This document shows, piece after piece, positions 38,401-48,977 of a DNA stretch of 64,000 bases. The notes under the pieces were generated by a model. It had not been told where the DNA came from, did no database searches, and saw only the letters and a program-made list of their open reading frames with translations. Numbering within the stretch: position 1 is the stretch's first letter; every line of letters starts with the position of its first letter. Position numbers and translations under genes: made by a program. This stretch comes from Nemertoderma westbladi (taxonomy: Eukaryota; Animalia; Xenacoelomorpha): positions 1-64,000 of the forward strand of contig JAUCBJ010004415.1 in NCBI GenBank assembly GCA_032718475.1, read 5' to 3'.

Positions 38401-39377
38401 TCCATCTCGGCTGCTTCCAACTCGGCTTGTTCTTGCAGGAGGGAGATTCTTGCTATATTTGTAACGCGTAGCTTCTCTTCTTCTACTGCTGCTTGTAGCA
38501 TTAGAAGTTGAGTTTGTTCCTCCATCTCCTGTTGTTGTCTGCAGAGCTGTTGTTGTCGAGCAGTTTCTGACGTAGCCATACTCACCTCGCCAATTTCGCT
38601 GCGAATACTCACCAGAGATTGATCTAGTATTCCCGGTGCCGATTCGATTCGTACGGGTGAAGTTTCCCTCGTATATTCCGGCACGGTTTCCAAATCGCCG
38701 ACGTCTTCGCCGCACATACGTAAGTGGTCCGTCAGATGTTTCAATTGTCCATCCAGTCGGTACAGTTCCTGTTCTTCCTCGGGCTGTAATAATTCGTCCG
38801 AAACTGACTCACCTAACAACTGGTCCGCTTGTTCCTGTTGTATCTGTCTAATCGTCGACTTAAACTGAATCAGTTTCTCTCTAGTGATCATTAGTTTCTC
38901 GAGGATTCTAAGTTGAGTATCCATGTCCTGTCTCTGTCTAGCTAGATCTTGTAGGCCAACTAGATTATCTACGGACTTATATACTTTACTCTGTACTCTA
39001 ACCTGGAGGGTGTAGAACTCGAATCGAGACATCGGAGCGGTCAACCCGTCTAATATGCGTTGGCCTTCTCCAATACTCCTGGTTATATGCGCCATGTAAC
39101 CTCCGACGCTTCTAACCACACTTTCCTGGCTTCCTGCTGAACTTACCATGTCCGTTTCCCTGTATCTAGGTTGCGGAACAGTTAGAAAGTCCTCGGTCCT
39201 GCCGTCGCCTCGTACTACGGCATCCGGTACTCCCGTTGGATGTACTGGTGACGCGCACGGTGTAGGTTCGGTAGGCTCGCGAGTCTTCCCCTGTTGTTCT
39301 TCCGCTGCTGACTTATCCGCGTCACATGAGTCATAGTCGGTTTGTGTATTCTTCGTATAGTCTTGTTTGTCACTCAT
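32472..39377 (-). CDS. Element D Gag-protease-integrase polyprotein (one in-frame TGA at 36540-36542)
   Basis: ORFs 36540-39377 and 32472-36533 are in one frame. Contains a BEL capsid (PKFSG..LSGEPK), three Cys/His knuckles, PR ILDSASSHSY, and IN H2C2 plus GIDCFGP/SDQGTNF/GGVWERL. No RT or RNase H motifs. Confidence 0.88.
37274..37597 (-). repeat. 84-bp in-frame tandem repeat (~4 copies) in D gag
   Basis: PFNQFTSQSTTSRKTCEPTEQRRTVETR repeated. Confidence 0.92.
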
Positions 39378-40186
39378 TTCGGTAGTTGTAAGTCAAGTGA
39401 AGTGAGTGTCAAAGTATCGAGTTTACCGTATTTGTATAAGACGGTACTAATTACAGTCATATAAAATTAGCCTACCGGCCGATTTTATAGCAGATGGATA
39501 AAATTAGCCTAAACGGCCAATTTTACAGCAAATAAATGTCACGGAATAAGTATATAATAAAATTAGCCTAGCGGCCAATTTTATAACAAATAAATCGGAT
39601 AACGATATGCGTTATCAAAAGGTAAATTAAATACAATAATACGGACTAATTCAGCAATGAACAAAGAAATCATACGGAATGCATAAATACTTGAGACAGT
39701 GGAACCCACAATAATTTTAACTAATACGGTAATGCCTAACTTATTTATGCAACTTTTCAAACTCACCCACTCCAATAATTCTCCAGAAAAACAGATTCCC
39801 AGATACAAACCGAACGTGAACCTTTCCGTTTTTAACGTTGCGGACGAAACGCGATTTTCCCAACCAAAGTTGTTGAGTTATCTATCTCCCAAACTTGCTA
39901 AACACGGTCTTGCTCACGTTACAGCCTAGAAATGAGTTCTGAATCCTGAAAAAACAAAAGAGTTAGGTTTTACTTTACGAAAATTTTGTACCGGTACAAT
40001 ATGGTATTTAAACCCTTTTAAACACCGGTATTTAATTCCAAAAATAATTTTACACGCGGTTCAAATCAAATTTTATTTCAAAAAATTAGCACTTAGCTAA
40101 TCAAATATAAATTTTTACCTCAAAATACAAAATTTTCAAATAACTTTAGTCCTACCGAACCGTAGTTCAGTAAAACATATTCCTAC

Positions 40187-42114
40187 TAAATTGGAGAGAT
40201 ACGCCTATTCCTACTATCGGAAGAGACGGTAACAATACCTGCAATATCCTACTGTAAAGTTTGTAAATCAAATCATAAATCCGACCTTCTCACCAAAACA
40301 GTAAACCCCAAGTAAGCGAATATATTGCAGTATCGATCTCTTTTAACCGGTGAGGCAGAAAACAGTCTACGAGCAGACAAACTTCGATAAAACAAATCCC
40401 GCGCAGCGAATCCTAAAATCAGGCTGACTCACTGACGGACTAAGAGGCTCGTATACTTTGCCGCGGTGTGATTTATATGGTTGGGCAAAGGGACGCTAGC
40501 TAGGTATAGAGCAGATTTGGAGATGGCTAACTAGCGAGCAAAGTGCAGTAAGGACGAAAGTTAATTTTATATATTTCGAGGTGTAAATAATTTCTAACGC
40601 GCGTGTGTTAATTCTGAACGGTCAAAGCAGTTTTGCTCCTTCACATATATAATTACTGGGTACGGTGTGCATTTTACGAATATTCTAATTTTATAACTTG
40701 TAGGTCCAATACTCACGAATGATAAGGTTCCTTCCCCTCTTGCGTATTTCCAGGACTCAAATTCAGGCATAAGGTTAATACTACGCCCAGAATTCGGCAA
40801 TTTTAGGTACCAGGTCCCTGATACTAAGAAGAGATGTGTTAGTTTACTACTGTAGGCGTACGGGTACTAATAGCTATCCTGGCTCCTATCTAGAATTTTA
40901 GTCACCCAGGTAGTCCGGGTAACTTCCTATTAGGGCGTTGGCGGGGACACGGTAGATGTTAGTATATCCCTGATAGCCTCAATTTATTTGCGCCTAGCGT
41001 AAACTGCCCTACCGCCCGAACGGTACAATCCCAATTCAGGTGAAAACACAGCAACCCCTTAGCCTACAAGTTCTGATGTAACGGACACCGTTGTACGGCA
41101 AATAGTCGCACACACACCTGTACTTAGCAAGAGTTAAGCGTACAGTTTGCTGCACCCTAACCAATGTGTATGCCTTGTACCGGTGTGCCTACGTCCTATC
41201 TGCGTACTAGTATCTGCTCTCTCTCCCTCCCCCCCCCCCGTAGGAATATGAAGGTCTACTGCGGTTTTCCCTGAATCAAGACAGTACAGTCCCTATGATG
41301 TAATTTTGGGCTCACAGCGTGTCACTACGTCTACCTTTGATCTTTTGGTCTTACACTTAGGTAGCAAGGATCGAACGCTGTCTAACCTTTCAGGCGATGG
41401 GCGAATAACACTAGATGGTATTGCGGGTTGTCTCTCGTCTACATTCCCGTGATGTTCCCGTTCATTGCTGCGGCCCGATCTCTAGCCGGCCATCCTGTCC
41501 CTGGGTTTGTTCACCGTAGTGAAACCATATTAAAACAGATAGAAAAGGGCTGAGATGTGACTAGTATTTCTGACTTTTATTACAAAAGATATAATAACTA
41601 TTATACAATAAACAATGTAATCTGAAATAAGACAGAAAGTGAATGATGGATTGAGAGATTGAGAGTAGATTAGATAACTAATGAACGAATCGCACCTTTA
41701 TATACTAAATTTGTGCTGCAATCAATCGAGAAAATTCTCGATTGTTCTATAGGTTCTAACAAGGTTTTAAAGATAGCTTATTGGTCCAGCTAATATATAA
41801 CTTGCACGACATTGGTTACAATCAAATAACTACAGCCTTATTGGTACAGACAAATGCAATTAATTTGTAGCGGTTAATTTAAATGAGTTGAAATTCTGCA
41901 CAAAAAATAATTCGCACTTACTAGGATTCGAACTCGATACCTACTACACATATAATTTCCAACGCTCTACCAACTGAGCTACTGAACCACTTGACCGATA
42001 GATACACAATAGATAGAACCAATACTAATGAGAACTTAAAGCAATCTTTACAAAGTTAATCCGAATAAAATAAAATTTTGAAAATCCACGGCATTTAGGG
42101 AATATAATTCTATA
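40187..42114 (-). repeat. Element D 5' LTR
   Basis: 1928 bp. Candidate TATA GTATATAAAGG near 41700 and AATAAA near 41578 and 40985 (sense strand). Confidence 0.93.
41902..41988 (-). promoter_or_regulatory. tRNA-derived Pol III-type unit in the D 5' LTR
   Basis: Identical to 27866-27952. Confidence 0.7.
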
Positions 42115-42631
42115 GAGGTTATACCTCCGAGAGAGAGAGAGAGCGACAGTGGTGAGGGGAGAACACTCCCAGAGAGATGGGTGGGCGAGAATTAGGTTAT
42201 CAGCCAATGGGGGGCAGGCATCCACTGAGTAATATGGCCAAACTAGGGCAGTATATTACCGGTCGGTGTGTCACATTCATTTACTCAGTTAGTCAGTTTA
42301 GCTAGGGCAAAACGGTAACTCTTGTCACTGTCCACTGCCGCCATCATCATTCAACCATATTACCGGTACAGCCTTAATCAGTTCATACCAATTGTGCTTA
42401 TACTTTACATTATATATATTATACATATCAACAATGGTCAGAGTAACTCAATAATACTCTTTTCACATACACACGGCAGGGACGCATAAACAAGATAACC
42501 GGATAAATCGGGATTCTCGGATCCCGTCACAGTGACAAGAACCAGCAGCTGCCCGATACCGCGATAGTGACAAGAGCCAATTGCCTGAACTAACTGACAG
42601 TCACCAGCCACCGACCAAGTAGAGACTAAAG

Positions 42632-44332
42632 ATGAGTCGAGAAGGAGAGACGACACCGCCGCGGACCCCGGACGGCGACCTAACGATCCGCAAGGCCGCG
42701 ACGTCACGGTACCGACCCACGATGCCGGATCCGTCGACCATAGGCAATCCGGCAATCCAAACGGAGGGGGGCCGTCTACAGCGAGAGGACGAGTCGAGAG
42801 AGGAGAGAGACGAGTCGACACACGACGGCGGTCGACGTGCCGATGTCGCCGGCCAGCCACAGGCCGAGGGCGATGGACGGCCCACCGGAACGGCGACGGT
42901 GGGGCCGCCGGTACGATGCCGGACCCGGAGGGATAGAGGAGACGTTGGCGACGAGGACGTCGGGGTCAGCGACCGGCTCCGACGAGCCTACAACGCGACC
43001 CGAAAGCAACTGAGGGAAGCCAAAGGTGGGGCCAAGATAGATGAGGTAAAGCTAGAGAAGCGGCTAGGTGAGTCGAATAAACATTTTGATTACTTAGTGC
43101 GCTTTGGGCAGGGAGAACTAGCCGATGAGAGAGCGAGAGGGGTTGCCACTGAACTGTTTGAACTGTGGGAATGTAGGAGTATGGAACCTAGCATAGTGTA
43201 CGTAGGGCCATACTTAGTCGATGCCCGGGGAAATAAGTTGGTGGGTTGGAGAGGGCTGCAGGAGGGCGAATCCGAGGTTAACCCCGAGGAGTCGGTCTCG
43301 TCGGTCGGCAAAAGTTCCAGGAAGCGGGGGAAAGTTAGTAGGACGGGAAGGCGACGGGAGCCCGTCGCAACCGATAAGTCTGCTACATCCTCCGCGAAAG
43401 TAAGACGGGTGATGGAAATAGATCTGGTGTGCCAGCTCGATCTGGCGGCGCTAGACCAGAGAGAATTAGAGAGACAGTTGGAAGAAGGGAGTGCGTTATT
43501 AGAGAAGGAGAAAGAACTGGCTAGAGAGAACAGAGAGAGAGCCGAAAAGGTTGCGAGAAGTTTTAAGGAGTGTGAGGAAATAGGGAGGATAGAAAGAAAG
43601 GAGCAAGAAGAGCGCGAGGCGGCGAGTGAGGCGAGAGAGCAGAGTGAACGTAAAGAGCGTGAGGCGAGAGAACAGAATAGACGTGAAGAGCGTGAGGTGA
43701 GAGAGCAGAGTGAGCGAAAAGAGCGCGAGGCGAAACGACTGGAGAGAGTTGTGAGAGAGGCGGAGTTAGCCAACCAAAGTTCACGAGAGGATAAAGAGAG
43801 AGAAATAACGGGAAAGTGTATGCGGGATGATATGCACGCCCGGTTGATGGGGCTTATGCAATATCAAGCCAAACAGAAGCGCCGACTAGAACTGGCGCAG
43901 ATGGGGCTGTCAGAGAGCGAGGCTGGCTCGGGTAGTATTTACGAGGAGCCAGGAGTTAGGGAAACATTTATTAATACCCCACTTACAGGGACCGGACGAC
44001 AGACCCAAGACTGGTGTGACCACACGGGCGGGGGGGGGGGGGGGGGGGGGGAGGGGGGTAATAATGATAATAATACAGTAAATAACGTTAATATTAATAG
44101 TACCGTAGTGGATAACCCTAATCAAACTTTTGTTGCAGGAAATAATATTTTGTCCGATAGTAGTAATTTAAATCTGAGCGGTTTCAATATAAATGTAGGT
44201 TCGAATTTACAAAATAATTCAAATAATTTAAATAATAATCTAAACCCGAGTATACAAAATAATTCAAATAGTGTAATTACGCTAAATAATTTAATTGACG
44301 ATTCAAATAATATAATTACACAAAATAACTAA
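42632..44332 (+). pseudogene. Element C gag N-terminal region (disrupted)
   Basis: 566-aa ORF about 100 bp after the LTR, with an E/R coiled-coil and an Asn-rich tract. The frame is lost and E inserted downstream. Confidence 0.7.
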
Positions 44333-44556
44333 AATAATATAATCACGCAAAATAATTTAATTAATTTGGAAAATGACAGTGATGGTGGTGCTATTAATAT
44401 AAACGCGGCAAGCTAAGGAGGCCCGGCAAATGAAGGCCTGGTAGGCCATGTAGTTAGTAGGCAGGAAGGGGCAGGGTTGAGTCAACCCAAAGAGGGCCTG
44501 GTAGGCCACGTAGTTAGTAGGCAGGAAGTGGCGGGGTTGAGTCAACCCAAAGAAGG

Positions 44557-45823
44557 TGTACGCGCTTTTGAAGACCTTTAGCAGTTTAACCTGCCAAAAT
44601 TTATATGTCTTTTGGTTTATAAATAGACTTTAGAAGATGACAAATATTTAATACCAATAAACACAACATTAGCAGAAGCCAGCCTAGTGCGCGTCCATTC
44701 ACCCGCTGGATATACCCGGGAGACTGGATTCTGAGGGCTTAGATTATTATTGCAGTGTAAGCTTACTGGATTGTATTATTCGATTGATCGTTAATAATTA
44801 ATTTCTGACTAATATTATTTACTTTCGGGAAATATTAACAGTTCCTTTAGGACGTGGCGCTCTATCTAGGTAAACAGAGATATGACTTATACTAATCACA
44901 ACGGTAAGTCGGTAAGGCTTATGATTCACGTATGAGGCGCATTCTTTAGGAAATGCTTAGTTATCAGTCACAATCAGGCACACTACCGGTAACACACAAT
45001 ACTGCCCACTAATTTGCCGACCGTCAATGATTTTTATCATATATAAAGAGAACAGCAACGGACCAATGTAGTGCTTATCAAATAGCATTAAATTCACTAC
45101 ATACACAATAATATAAGTCGCAATCGCTATATATATAACCCGTCTCTCTAACCTGTAGTGTATCAAGAAAATTGGGAAATTTGGGTTCTTTATATATGTT
45201 CTCCAAATAATATTCAACCAAAACACAACAGTAAACAGCATTAAGACGGTAGGTTAAGATATGATATGACAATATATGACAAGATATGCACTGATTGTTT
45301 TGTTATGATATGATAACAGTTATACGCTCTATAATTTAAGCCTACTAATGTTTCTTCTAAAGTATGAAAACGAGTTGACTCTAGAGCCGTTGTTCCTGGC
45401 CTAGATAGCAACAACAACAAAGTATCAAGTAAAAAACAGTAAGACTGAACACTCCTAGTATGATCGGCCGAAAGCTCCACATCGACAGAAAAAATCGCTC
45501 TGATTGGCTTAAGCTAAACAAAGAACCATGTGGCCAATGGCTGTTTCCATGTCAGCAACCAGCTGTTAGATCTCGTAATATGAATCATCACGGCTAAGCT
45601 GTGAAAGTTATTTGGTGCATTGCAGGTTTTTTGCCTTACCATGTCCGCCAAAACACGTATATAGCAGAATGACTTTTATGTCCGTTAAAACACCTATAAC
45701 GGTACCTTGCGGGCGAGGGGAATATATATACAGTTAGAGAACCTTTTAGAGTATTCCAGCGCCTGGGGGGGAAACTGGATTGCGAAGCAAAAGGGCCAGT
45801 TATATCCCACAGAAGCGTTTACA
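44557..45823 (-). repeat. Element E 3' LTR
   Basis: Direct repeat of 60529-61795, preceded (sense) by the PPT-like GGGAGCGG. Confidence 0.95.
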
Positions 45824-45901
45824 CCGCTCCCAGAAAATGGGATTTGAGTCTATAAAATATACAAAATCACAGTTTCTAATATACGTAAATACTCTAAACA
45901 G

Positions 45902-46795
45902 TTAGTCTTTCTTGCGCGGACGGCGTTTACGCAGTTTCTTAAAGCTAGCCAGAGTCCTTTTCTCTTTGGGGCGAGCCACTTTACAAAGAGGGCTATAACT
46001 CCTGGGTGAGGGGTGCAATATGATTGCATCAGAGGGTGTAGGATTATGGTCGGTGTATCCGCCAGTCGAAGTACCGGGTTGATTGACATCAACGTCCGGG
46101 GAGAGGGGTCTAACGGCTTTGAGAGCTCGTTTCAAGACAGCCGCTCTTACGGGTCCTTTACGAGTGGTCTGAACGAGGGCTGTGGGTGGACCATAGGCAG
46201 TTAGAAACCTCCGGGGTTTAATGGTCCTTTCCAACTCGCGTTCGCGGGCTCGGTATTCGTAAGGCCGTCGATATACTTCCTGTAACTCGGGGTGTGAGTT
46301 AACAAACAAGTCTCCATAGTCCGGATCCTGACGGATATAATTGATTAAGTTATAGGAATGAAGGTCGCTAGGATTAACACTCCTGAGAAATTTGCGTACG
46401 AATTTGGTTGAAATACATTCTCCAACGCGCTTCAGTAGCTCGTAACTTGATAGGCGTGATTTCTGTTCAACCGAAGCGAATAGATAAGGATGGAACGCAT
46501 AAACTCCTTCGTAAGCGCGTCCGGGATAATAGCGATGGCGAGAATCACAATGTAAATCAGCGTTCGCTTCCCAAGCTCTGATGTAACGTAGTGTGATCAT
46601 TTCATCTACGCTTTCCAAATCGTGATTAAAAGGGCAATCGAAACTGGCATGTCCCTTTAGTTGACAATGGTGACATTGAGTCATAAATTGAGGGCAAACC
46701 GCAAAAATGTGCAAGTTATTGAGTCTGCAATATGCACAATAAATTTCCATCACCGGTTGTTCGTGGAAATAGGAACAGCGGACGTTTGTGTCCAT
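45902..46795 (-). CDS. Element E accessory 3' ORF, CCHC zinc-knuckle protein
   Basis: CAYCRLNNLHIFAVC, CHHCQLKGHASFDC, a WE..AD.H...R..P.RA..G block shared with the D ORF, and a basic tail KKLRKRRPRKK. Confidence 0.72.
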   Translation of the reverse strand: MDTNVRCSYFHEQPVMEIYCAYCRLNNLHIFAVCPQFMTQCHHCQLKGHASFDCPFNHDLESVDEMITLRYIRAWEANADLHCDSRHRYYPGRAYEGVYAFHPYLFASVEQKSRLSSYELLKRVGECISTKFVRKFLRSVNPSDLHSYNLINYIRQDPDYGDLFVNSHPELQEVYRRPYEYRARERELERTIKPRRFLTAYGPPTALVQTTRKGPVRAAVLKRALKAVRPLSPDVDVNQPGTSTGGYTDHNPTPSDAIILHPSPRSYSPLCKVARPKEKRTLASFKKLRKRRPRKKD

Positions 46796-46951
46796 GGGCG
46801 TAACATGGTCTCTCGATGCGCATACCCGACAACGTTGCCGAGAAACATAGTTGGCATGGCGATAATTGTACGCAGTGAGACACTGTGGACCTTGATACCA
46901 TTCTAGGATGTAATCGTTGTCGCTGTTCCGGGCGCGATAGGCTGAATCTCC

Positions 46952-47350
46952 TCAGATTCTAGGCATATTGGTTCGTCTTCCCAGTCTGTTACGAATAGAA
47001 TTTTCGTGATCTATTCTCGGTTTACCGTTATGACTCCGCTGGGTATGATATTTAAATAGAACCATTTCCCTTTCGGTGTCTACATCGTCCGTATCATGTA
47101 AATCGATAGGATGGCCGGTAGTTAGGAAGTCCATATACATACTATTACGATGCGTATAGCGAGCGGTGAATTTTCGATAGTCCAATTCACGCGTAAGTTG
47201 CTCTTGGGACATCGGCGGTTCGATATAACGACCATCGTCCTCCGTAATGGTTGGATCGGTTTCACCGCGTATCAAGCTATCCACAAATGCTTGTAAAGGT
47301 AGAGTATATCGCTCCCTGATACCAAGATCATCTTCTATCAACTCCGTCAT
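46952..47350 (-). CDS. Small ORF upstream of the E accessory ORF (unknown, possibly its N-terminal part)
   Basis: 132-aa ATG ORF in the same position as the D ORFs at 31248-31918. No recognisable motif. Confidence 0.35.
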   Translation of the reverse strand: MTELIEDDLGIRERYTLPLQAFVDSLIRGETDPTITEDDGRYIEPPMSQEQLTRELDYRKFTARYTHRNSMYMDFLTTGHPIDLHDTDDVDTEREMVLFKYHTQRSHNGKPRIDHENSIRNRLGRRTNMPRI

Positions 47351-48977
47351 ATCTGCTATCTGAGTTTATTAATATCGAAATGAGTTTATGTTTAGGCGAG
47401 CGGACGTCGCTGCCTACCTCTCTTTGCCCCCGGACAGTGGGATTCTCAGCGCCGATGTACCGTCGTCGCGGTGTTTACGCCAACATGTAGCAACAGCACG
47501 ACAACGATAACCGGCACAAGTCACTCCACTGTCCGTCCCAAAGGCTTGAATCCACTTTAGGTTCTTTCTATAGGAGAGTTGGGCTACTTTCACAATTGCG
47601 ACTAGCTACTGTAAACACACCTTAGCAGTAACATTCACCTATAAACGCACAAATTCCACACAACTGTCACCAATTGTACACATACAGGCCATTTGTCCGT
47701 TAGTCAGTGCCTTCCAGAATGTCACGTTATTACTGTGTATCTTTGGATACTAACAGTGTGCTATGTATTCTCTATGCTATGCAATGAGACAAGCTTTCTA
47801 TTGCTCTTTTAACTTGCTTCTAATTCTAGCGTGGGTGTTGCTATGGTGACATTATGGAATGCTAGCGGTAGAATTAGGGTAATTCTCATGCATACAGATC
47901 TGGGATGCTATTTAATAATAATTCTTTAATTGTCAATATCCTCTTTATGCATGATTTTATTAATTTTATCGGCTATTGACTATATGTTGGAGATTCTCGC
48001 ACTCTAATACGCTCAATAGGATGAATCTCCGCTCCCATGATCTATTAATTAATGGAATTTTTGGGAATGTTATAAATTGCACAAAACGACAATTTATAAA
48101 ATTCATTTAAATATGAATTTAAATTTATTCCCATGAATTTTATTATTTGATGTTAAAATTGACACAATTTTTTATTCCAGAGCATGTCTGGGGACATAGG
48201 ATCCTTAATTCTATAAAATTGTCTTTTAAGAGTATCGGTAAGTGCTGCGATATCTTAATTGACTAGAAATTGTTAACGGATCTGAATTTTTACAGATTTT
48301 ACTAAATATTAAATTAATATTTAAGATGGGCACCGATCTATTCCAGAACTTGTCTGGTGACGTTAACCACTGATTCTAGAATTTGTCTTTCAAGTATATC
48401 GGTGGGTGCCGCGATATCTTAATCGACTAGAATTACAGATGGTCAAAAAGTTTAACAGATTTATTTGCGTTTTACGCTACTGTTAGAGGGACATCACGCT
48501 ACTATATGTATTATTTAATATAAGGTAGAAGAGCAATATCGCACGAAGCAATGTCAGTGTGAAGAGGCAAGTCGTTTCCAAGGTCTACCCAGAGCTTGGC
48601 TTAGCCGAGACACGAGGATCTGAACTTTGCATTCCTAATACTCTGCCTACCAATAATACTTGAATATAGTAGTGGCTTTATTGTACTTTAAGAAGTACGG
48701 ACATTTCATCTTACTGTAGTCACGTATTTATAATATGATACGGACAGTAAGGAAAGAGAAGAAATTATTTCTCGCCGTCGCACTAAATATATTATAAGTA
48801 ATTACGTACGTAATAAACACTAATATATTGCACTAATCTACTAAATAATCACTAAAATAACATTCTACTAAATAAAATTGAATAAAAACGATTATAATAA
48901 AGTACATAATAAAGTTCGCATATAAAAATATAACAAAATAGATAAAATCATATAGTCATACACCCACTCCAGACGTA

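Larger units (their letters stand above)
26052..42114 (-). mobile_element. BEL/Pao LTR retrotransposon D (gag-protease-integrase, no RT/RNase H)
   Basis: Near-identical LTRs at 26052-28078 and 40187-42114, 5-bp TSD GAGGT (26047-26051, 42115-42119), and internal BEL gag, PR and IN. Confidence 0.93.

Noticed and set aside
44957-45480. Small ORFs within the E LTRs (and 40594-40800 in the D LTR)
   Set aside because: Short, no motifs, and duplicated only because the LTRs are duplicated.
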